A stretch of 11,115 nucleotides of DNA. It comes from an uncultured archaeon (GTDB lineage Archaea; Asgardarchaeota; Lokiarchaeia; Sigyniarchaeales; SOKP01). Position numbers and translations under genes: made by a program. Position 1 is the first letter of the stretch; every line of letters starts with the position of its first letter. Below are positions 1 through 6,520 of the stretch, piece after piece. The notes beneath the pieces were generated by a model that made no database searches, was not told the origin of the DNA, and worked only from the letters and a program-made list of their open reading frames with translations. The DNA lies in contig CAYLZE010000143.1 of the NCBI GenBank assembly GCA_964388035.1, positions 1-11,115 on the forward strand, in the 5' to 3' direction.

Positions 1-365
1 CGAGCTATCTTTTCGCACGTTCTACGACAATCCAAGAAGATTAGCCCCAATTTCACATCACTCGTGGTGCTCACCGTGAGAACGGCATTCATCCCGGCAG
101 CCAAAACGAGAAGGTAACCATCCGTACCCTTCACGAGAAGCTGGTCGAAGTCGCCTTTTTTCATTTCATGCACTGCGCGTTCTGCGAGGCTCAACAGCGC
201 TGCTGTCATGGCCGCGATACGAGTTTCATCCACATCATTAGGGAGTGCGGATGCGATAGGTAACCCTTCTACAGAGACAATTGCTGCGGATATAATTTCG
301 GGAATACCTGTAGATAGATTTTTCAAAATATCTTCTAAAGTTTCAGTTTTATCGGCGCTTTCCAT
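1..365 (-). CDS. Roadblock/LC7 (MglB/LAMTOR-like) domain protein, 3' end truncated by window edge
   Basis: Manual translation from ATG at 365: MESADKTETLEDILKNLSTGIPEIISAAIVSVEGLPIASALPNDVDETRIAAMTAALLSLAERAVHEMKKGDFDQLLVKGTDGYLLVLAAGMNAVLTVSTTSDVKLGLIFLDCRRTCEKIA(R). The motifs 'AIVSxEGLPIAS', 'IAAMTAALLSL' and 'KLGLIFLD' are typical of the roadblock family. Not in the ORF track because the stop lies outside the window. Confidence 0.95.
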   Translation of the reverse strand, partial: MESADKTETLEDILKNLSTGIPEIISAAIVSVEGLPIASALPNDVDETRIAAMTAALLSLAERAVHEMKKGDFDQLLVKGTDGYLLVLAAGMNAVLTVSTTSDVKLGLIFLDCRRTCEKIA

Positions 366-417
366 AATTCATGACCGGTAGATAATTAGATTAATTTGAT
401 TGATAATGTATTAACGG

Positions 418-428
418 ATATAAATAAA
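418..428 (-). promoter_or_regulatory. Candidate archaeal TATA box for the roadblock gene
   Basis: Minus strand reads TTTATTTATAT about 55 nt upstream of the roadblock ATG. The spacer (366-544) is extremely AT-rich, so specificity is low. Confidence 0.3.
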
Positions 429-544
429 TTAATTTATTTATTTCTTTTTATTATTTATTAAGTTTACATTGTTATTTATATTAAAACTTTTTTTATAAAT
501 AAATTTTTTATAAATTTCACGATATTTGGATTCATATTATTAAA

Positions 545-2122
545 TTATTTAAAATATTTTGTTACGAGTTCTTCAGTTTTATAGAATGGGCTAATATTGC
601 CATTGAATTGCTCCAATTCTTTATTAAAATTCTTTTCAAATGCTTTTGTAAACAATTCAAGTTTTTTAAATAAGATAGGGAGGATTTTCGTGGAGATTAA
701 AGCCACGATTATCTTTTTTCCATATGCAAAGTATATGATGGTGCCTTCCTTATCAATAATCTTGAGGTTTTGGCGTTCCTTGGTAATTTCCGTGATTAAA
801 TCTATAATTCCCTTTAATCCCGAAGTGATTAAATCTTCATTAAGGGGAGGATATTGATAAGTTGGGGAGGTGCTATTAAAATTTTTAGCATAAAGGCAAG
901 TAGAATTTCGATTGATGATATAAAGATCCTTCAATGCTGCTGCCCATTCTGCTTCCTTTGAAGTCAAGATTTCCGATAAGGGCATGATCCAGACTAACAA
1001 TCCAATTAATAAAATTGAATTAATCCCATTTATCAGTTCTGGAATCCAATAGAGTTCTGGATTGATATAATAGTAAAGAGTTAATAAATATTTTAAGACA
1101 ATCCCTGAAATAAATCCTGTTAGGACGGAAATTAAAAAGATGCCCGCGATTCTCCCCCGAAACTTTAATGTATATCTTTCCGTGGAGAGATCACCTGTCA
1201 GGGTGAATAAATTTATAAGGATGATGGGCAAGGCGATTCCCAAAAAAATCTCGGAGTAAAGTCCCTTGAAGATACCAGAAAAGATGATTAAAGTGGATAA
1301 GATTAAAATTCCAAGGGTATAACTCTTTTTCCTCCCTAAGTTATCCAAGCTGATTCCAATGATCAAGAAAAACAAGAGCAAGACAAGAATGAATAATGTG
1401 GGATTAATCAATATCTTCAATTCCACGGGATATGCATTTCCCAAGACAAACCCAAGCACGAGAAAACTTCCCAAATACCCCAAAAGAGGATGAGCAAAAA
1501 TGACTTGACTAAAGGTTTTGGAGCTTGTTAATCGTTCTCTTGTTTCCTCATATTTATAAACTTTAGAAACATATAATAAGATCAAGAAAATGACAGAATT
1601 TATCACTATTATCGCAAGCAAGTTCCGATTCGTGATTAATATCAGAGGATGAGCAATACCCAAGGATAGGAAGAAAGTATATCCAATTAAGCGCCCTCGA
1701 TTAAGAATGGTGGACTCGTGAGTAAGAACGGTAAGTAAGTCAATTAAGTATAATCCAATAAAAAAGATAATGAGGGAATAACCCACCACTTTAAGAAGAA
1801 TCCCAAAATTTATCAATATTAATCCCAAAAGCGTGATAAAAGAGGAGATCAATAATAATTTAATTCTATCTTTTACCATATCTACGATTATTCCGGAAAA
1901 AATGATAGTCAGTAATATGGTAATAATGGAACTTAACCCTAACAGGGATAATATATCAGTGGGAGTGAAATTTAACCCGGTTAGGAAAAGATAATCAATA
2001 ATTAGGGTGCTAAATAAAAAGGATAACGAAAAATAAATGAATCCTCTAGGCGTGATATCCACGTCTCTTATGACTCCTCTAAAAAACAGTTTTTTTGACC
2101 ATTTTAGAAAAGGTTTCTTCAT
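545..2122 (-). CDS. MFS-fold 12-TM membrane protein fused to a C-terminal soluble longin-like domain
   Basis: 525 aa with about 12 hydrophobic segments arranged 6+6. MFS motif-A-like GIIVDMVKDR (TM2-3) and GISLDNLGRK (from aa 256, TM8-9); duplicated RGRLIG/RGRIAG motifs before TM5 and TM11. From about W393 a soluble domain (LYIINRNSTCLYAKNF...EDLITSGLKGIIDLITEIT...LKIIDKEGTIIYFAYGKKIIVALIS...LELFTKAFEKNF) shows a longin-like beta-beta-alpha-beta-beta-beta-alpha-alpha pattern. Confidence 0.8.
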   Translation of the reverse strand: MKKPFLKWSKKLFFRGVIRDVDITPRGFIYFSLSFLFSTLIIDYLFLTGLNFTPTDILSLLGLSSIITILLTIIFSGIIVDMVKDRIKLLLISSFITLLGLILINFGILLKVVGYSLIIFFIGLYLIDLLTVLTHESTILNRGRLIGYTFFLSLGIAHPLILITNRNLLAIIVINSVIFLILLYVSKVYKYEETRERLTSSKTFSQVIFAHPLLGYLGSFLVLGFVLGNAYPVELKILINPTLFILVLLLFFLIIGISLDNLGRKKSYTLGILILSTLIIFSGIFKGLYSEIFLGIALPIILINLFTLTGDLSTERYTLKFRGRIAGIFLISVLTGFISGIVLKYLLTLYYYINPELYWIPELINGINSILLIGLLVWIMPLSEILTSKEAEWAAALKDLYIINRNSTCLYAKNFNSTSPTYQYPPLNEDLITSGLKGIIDLITEITKERQNLKIIDKEGTIIYFAYGKKIIVALISTKILPILFKKLELFTKAFEKNFNKELEQFNGNISPFYKTEELVTKYFK

Positions 2123-2325
2123 AAGGATTATTCAGACCTTAATTTCGCGCGAATTATATAATAAAGTATTTGAACCAAGAAAAAACTTGTTGCTTCTTAC
2201 TAGAAGTTATTTATGGTCAATCATTTAAAAAATTTTAAGTACAATGATTTGTAAAGTAACTTAATTTATTAATCTCGTGGTAAATTTTTCGAAGAATAAT
2301 TATTGGATTGTTAATTATCGTAATA

Positions 2326-3480
2326 ATGGACATTTACATTTACATTTACACTTTAATTCTTACAATGTTTTTTCTCTCATTTGCGGTAATATTATTTTTT
2401 GTTGGGAGAAAAGGTCTAAAAACAGGCAATAGACATGGGGCCTCTTCCACTTTTGCTTGTTCTGTAATGTTCATTCTATTTGCCCTCTATAATGAATGGT
2501 TTGGTTTACTTCCTTATCCACTTAATGGATTCCTGGTCTGGTGGATAGGAGCTGTAGGAATCGTTAATATAATTTTCATTGGGATCATTAAAAGAGAGAT
2601 TAAAATAATTAAAAAGGCAGAACTTGAGAACTCTACCTCCGATAAAAAATTTACATCCAAATTACGTAATTATGTAGCATTCCTTATCAAAGGAAATCCT
2701 TATAAAGATAGTATTCCCGTTAAAATGGAAATTGTTCGAAAGTCTTTTCACGTGTTAGGTTTCTTAATTGTAATTGCTTATTATGGAGCAATAATTATTC
2801 CTCCCTTGACTCTAATATTAAATAATCTTATTATCGAGTTTATAAACAATACAGGATCGTTATATACTTTTATTTGGGGGAATTTAAATGATTATCCTTA
2901 TAAGATTGGAGATCTTCAATCCGTTGTGGGCATGACCTTATTTATTCTTATTGGAGCGTTATCACTTGCAACAATGGTTGATTCTATTCGAAACATCATG
3001 GGACCTCAATATTCAATTTTAAACGTGTTAACTCGAGCGGTCTTGAGGAAAAAAGAATTAAATGCATCTGGTCCTCAAATTCATCTTATCACGGCTGTTA
3101 CTTTCACGTATTTATTATATATTATGGGATTGGTAACTGCAGCAGTAGTTTTTACGGCACTTTCAATATCTTGCATATCTGATGCTCTGGCTGCGGTGGT
3201 AGGAAGAAGATACGGCAAACACCAGATAACATGCAGAAGAGGGGAAGTCAAATCTAAAGAGGGATTTCTTGTAGGTTCGATTAGTGCATATCTCTTAGGT
3301 CTCTTATTCATCGGTCCCATTTATGCCTTGATTGCAGCTATTATTTTTCTTTTAATTGACTATTTCCCGTCGTATATAGCCGACAACATCTTAAATCCTA
3401 TTTTAATTACCGTTGGAGTGACTCTTTTTGCTTTTTTTTCTCATATCCCCATGGGATGGAACTGGTTACTTATTTTATAA
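2326..3480 (+). CDS. CTP-dependent polyprenol/diacylglycerol kinase (Sec59/Dgk1/phytol-kinase family) with extra N-terminal TM region
   Basis: Family motifs RKSFH, LRKKE, SDALAAVVGRRYGKH, KSKEG and DNILNP in a multi-TM protein. ATG at 2326 is preferred over TTG at 2308 (same frame). Confidence 0.85.
   Translation: MDIYIYIYTLILTMFFLSFAVILFFVGRKGLKTGNRHGASSTFACSVMFILFALYNEWFGLLPYPLNGFLVWWIGAVGIVNIIFIGIIKREIKIIKKAELENSTSDKKFTSKLRNYVAFLIKGNPYKDSIPVKMEIVRKSFHVLGFLIVIAYYGAIIIPPLTLILNNLIIEFINNTGSLYTFIWGNLNDYPYKIGDLQSVVGMTLFILIGALSLATMVDSIRNIMGPQYSILNVLTRAVLRKKELNASGPQIHLITAVTFTYLLYIMGLVTAAVVFTALSISCISDALAAVVGRRYGKHQITCRRGEVKSKEGFLVGSISAYLLGLLFIGPIYALIAAIIFLLIDYFPSYIADNILNPILITVGVTLFAFFSHIPMGWNWLLIL
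2330..2350 (+). repeat. Short in-frame tandem repeat (ACATTT)x3.5 encoding DIYIYIY
   Basis: acatttacatttacatttaca at the start of the kinase CDS. Confidence 0.7.
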
Positions 3481-3500
3481 ATTTCAATTAAAATATTTAA

Positions 3501-3532
3501 ATGAGAAAAAGGGCTTTCTTTTTTAGTCTCAT
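3501..3532 (+). terminator. Hairpin/oligo-T putative terminator between the kinase and HAD genes
   Basis: ATGAGA-AAAAG gg ctt t CTTTT-ttag-TCTCAT: outer 6-bp and inner 5-bp stems with a T-rich 3' arm, 20 nt after the kinase stop. Confidence 0.35.
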
Positions 3533-3611
3533 GAACAATTTTAAGTCCATCAAAACGATAATATATAAATGTTAACTAAAATTATGCATATTTCAATTAT
3601 AGGAATAGGTC

Positions 3612-4436
3612 ATGAGAAAATTAATTGATGCACTTGCAGAGTTAAAGTTAGCAATTTTTGATTTAGATGGAGTGGTATATCGGGGTCAAAAGTTAATTAA
3701 AGATGCGGATCAAATTATTCAAGAACTAAAAGATTTGGGAATCATCATCGTTTATAATTCCAATAATTCCACGATTACTAGGGAGATGTACGTGGAACGG
3801 TTAAAAAGGTTCAATATTCCATGCACTCTGTCCGACTTTTATACTAGTGCTTCCATAACTGCAAAAGAGGTTTCAAAAATAAAGCAAAATGCAAAAATTT
3901 TCATTATTGGAGATATTGGCTTGAAAAAAGAGTTGGAATTGATGGGACATGAAGTAGTTGCAAGACCTAAAAATTACAATGAAATTGATTTCGTGATCGT
4001 GGGATTAGATGTGAAGTTTACCTATGGCAAGCTTGCGATTGCACAGCAATGCATCCTTGAGGGAAATGCGCAATTCTATGCAACTAACACCGATCCTACC
4101 TTGCCTGCGGAAAATCGGATAATGCCCGGTGCGGGAGTGATGGTAAAAGCCCTGGAGGTTTGTACCGGAAAAAGCCCCCTGAAGGTTTTTGGAAAACCTG
4201 ATCCTCATGGAATTCATCTCATCCTAAAAGACCATGGAATCCCCGCAAATAAAGCCTGTATCTTTGGAGATCGCCTCGAAACAGATATCGCAGCTGGAAA
4301 TTCAGCAGGAATTATCACAATTGCCGTGCTAACAGGAGTTACTACCAAAAAAGCTATAGAAAAATTGGATAAAGCTCGCGATAAATCATGTATTCCAGAC
4401 TTGGTTCTCAATTCACTATCAGAAATATTTATCTAG
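3612..4436 (+). CDS. HAD-superfamily subfamily IIA (NagD/AraL-like) phosphatase
   Basis: Motif I FDLDGVV, motif II SNNS, cap-domain ATNTD and PGAG, motif III GKP, motif IV GDRLETDI, and VLTGVT. Purine-rich AGGAATAGGT precedes the ATG. Confidence 0.93.
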   Translation: MRKLIDALAELKLAIFDLDGVVYRGQKLIKDADQIIQELKDLGIIIVYNSNNSTITREMYVERLKRFNIPCTLSDFYTSASITAKEVSKIKQNAKIFIIGDIGLKKELELMGHEVVARPKNYNEIDFVIVGLDVKFTYGKLAIAQQCILEGNAQFYATNTDPTLPAENRIMPGAGVMVKALEVCTGKSPLKVFGKPDPHGIHLILKDHGIPANKACIFGDRLETDIAAGNSAGIITIAVLTGVTTKKAIEKLDKARDKSCIPDLVLNSLSEIFI

Positions 4437-5151
4437 AGTTTTGAAATCATTTTTACATTTTCATTAAGTATTATATCATTTTTATAAGAAATTAACTATA
4501 AATGTCTAATTTTGATCAATAAGACATATTCAATTACGATATTGATTTAAAATATCTTAGATACTTAGTCTGTTTCCTATTAGAACAACATTAGTTGTCA
4601 TTTTTCCTAATCAATTTTCCAATTATATTAATGGCATTATAAAGTAAAAGTATTTAGAGAGCATGAAAAAGTGTATCGTTTGGCATCCCCGACAAAATTC
4701 ATAATTCACTTTTTTCTCATTACTTTTCGGAAATAGTTGAAATTTAAACAGGGTTGCATGATTCGCGATATCAAAATAATTGGAAGAATCTTAATGGTGA
4801 ACAAAATAAATTAATCAATCTTTTTAATTGTTTATAATTTCATGGATATTTAACGATGATGGAAAATTAGTCATTTTCTTGTTTTTGAGATATTCATGAC
4901 ACGCAGATAAAAGATTATTAATGATTTATTAAATGGCATGTTAAGTAATTAATACATTCCAAAAATCAGAAAAATTAATCGTTTGATAGGTCTTCCTTCA
5001 AGTAAATTAGATGAGTATTAAAAGATACTGGATCAAAAATATTTAAAAGGAATTATCATATTACAGGGCACGTCTAGTATTTTATCTTGATGATGAGGGG
5101 TGACTTTTTACGCGCATTTTAACAAAAAAAATACATGAAGTGAACGTGTAA

Positions 5152-5419
5152 GTCTCATCCTTGCTTGAAAACCTCTTTTTTATTAAAATTTAAAGAATTG
5201 CTTAATTTTTATTAAAATCTTGATTAGGACTTCTTTTTTATGAAAAAAAAAATTGAGGTAATTTAATTTCTTTTTGCACTTTTAGGGTGTAAAAAGAGTA
5301 TTAATCCGTTAATAAGATCTTCTTTTTTTAATAAAAAAGGTTTTTTGTGTGTAAAAAGATCAATTACTGTTAATAATTGTGATTTTCTACTATTTTTTTT
5401 TACACCTTTCATGTGAGAC
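5152..5419. other. 268-bp AT-rich structured element (candidate MITE or ncRNA)
   Basis: Ends GTCTCA (5152-5157) and TGAGAC (5414-5419) are inverted, and each is flanked by TAA (5149-5151, 5420-5422). Nested internal stems: 5168-5188/5326-5344, 5196-5209/5249-5263, 5269-5279/5287-5297, 5299-5314 and 5356-5386. Confidence 0.45.
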
Positions 5420-5618
5420 TAAAGATCGTTTAAGATAATTTTCCTCACGTGGATTTAACTAAAATAGCTAATTATTTAATATTTATATAAGGCATGACCT
5501 TACCTTGATATTATATCCCTTTCTTTTATTGGATCTCTAATTCAACCAAAAAGAATTGAGAGTTTCATTAAGCATATTCAATATAGAACGAAATAATATG
5601 AGAGAATGTTATCCAATG

Positions 5619-6188
5619 TTACCAATTTGAACGGCCCCATACCTTCTTTTTTTCTTGTTGAAGCAAACCCGAGGCATTCATTACCAAATGAGAAATTTCT
5701 GTAAAGATTAATTCCACGTTTTCACCCGTCTTAGAAGAACATTCAAAATAACCATCAAGATCGTGGGATTTGACTATAGATAAAGCAGAATCTTTTGTTA
5801 TGGATCTTCTTTCTTCTAAATCTAATTTTCCTCCAACCATTATGATAGGAATTCGCGTAGCGGCCCCAACGGTCCTTTTTCTCACAATTTCTAACCAATT
5901 ATTAAAATTCTTAATACTTGAGTACCTGGTGATATCATACATGAAAATGCCCGCATTAGCACCTATCATGTAGCTTGGCAATAGAAATCGAAACCGCTCC
6001 TCTCCCGCGAAGTCCCAAATTTGTAAAGATACTCTTTTATGATTTACCTCTAATTTTTTAATATGAAAATCAACTCCAATTGTCATCTGCGAGTCCTCTT
6101 TAAACAAACCGGTTAAAAAGCGATTCAGTAACGTGGTCTTGCCAACTCCACCATCACCGAAAATGACTATTTTAAACATGTAGTCCAA
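5619..6188 (-). CDS. Rab-like small GTPase (Ras superfamily, Asgard type)
   Basis: G1 GDGGVGKT, G2/RabF1 TIGVDF, RabF2 SLQIW, G3 DFAG, RabF3 RFRFL, RabF4 SYMIGA, RabF5 MYDIT, G4 GKLD, G5 CSSK. The start is uncertain (TTG 6188 or ATG 6179). Confidence 0.95.
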   Translation of the reverse strand: MDYMFKIVIFGDGGVGKTTLLNRFLTGLFKEDSQMTIGVDFHIKKLEVNHKRVSLQIWDFAGEERFRFLLPSYMIGANAGIFMYDITRYSSIKNFNNWLEIVRKRTVGAATRIPIIMVGGKLDLEERRSITKDSALSIVKSHDLDGYFECSSKTGENVELIFTEISHLVMNASGLLQQEKKKVWGRSNW

Positions 6189-6520
6189 GAAACTGGGAAT
6201 AGCTATTACCTAATTGATTATAATTTGATAAAGATATTTAATTAAAATTAATATATGTTAAAATAATAAAAATTTATGGTAAAAAATAATTTCTCGTCTG
6301 AGAAAGATATAGATATTTATCAAAAATAAATGAGAAAATAAAAATGAAAATTCAGAGAAATTAAGGTATATTTAATTCTGCTAAAAAGTAATAAAATTAA
6401 AATTCATAAAAAGTAAAAAATTAGAAAAATCATTACCTCCCAACCCATTTATCTCCTTTCGTTCATTTATTTATTACTATAAACAAGAATTTATCATGTT
6501 ATTTATAAGGACGAGATTTC

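Noticed and set aside
597-857. 86-aa + strand ORF
   Set aside because: Antisense shadow of the longin-like domain; no recognisable features.
2037-2228. 63-aa + strand ORF
   Set aside because: Overlaps the MFS start antisense and the divergent promoter region; no coding evidence.
2330-2350. ACATTT repeat as a phase-variation switch
   Set aside because: The 6-bp unit preserves frame and the copy number is low.
3522-3535. TTTAGTCTCATGAA resembles the reverse complement of the structured element's right end (5408-5423), bracketing the HAD gene
   Set aside because: Only 10 bp are exact and the flanks are not a direct target duplication; insufficient to call a composite element.
3081-4411. Short minus-strand ORFs 3081-3320, 4005-4217 and 4214-4411
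   Set aside because: Antisense to the well-supported kinase and HAD genes.
4502-4527. Dyad ATGTCT-N14-AGACAT downstream of the HAD gene
   Set aside because: 6-bp arms in AT-rich DNA and a single occurrence; expected by chance.
5149-5422. Considered as CRISPR array, SRP RNA, RNase P RNA, SECIS or tRNA
   Set aside because: No regular repeat-spacer periodicity, no conserved signature of these RNAs, and no in-frame TGA selenoprotein nearby.
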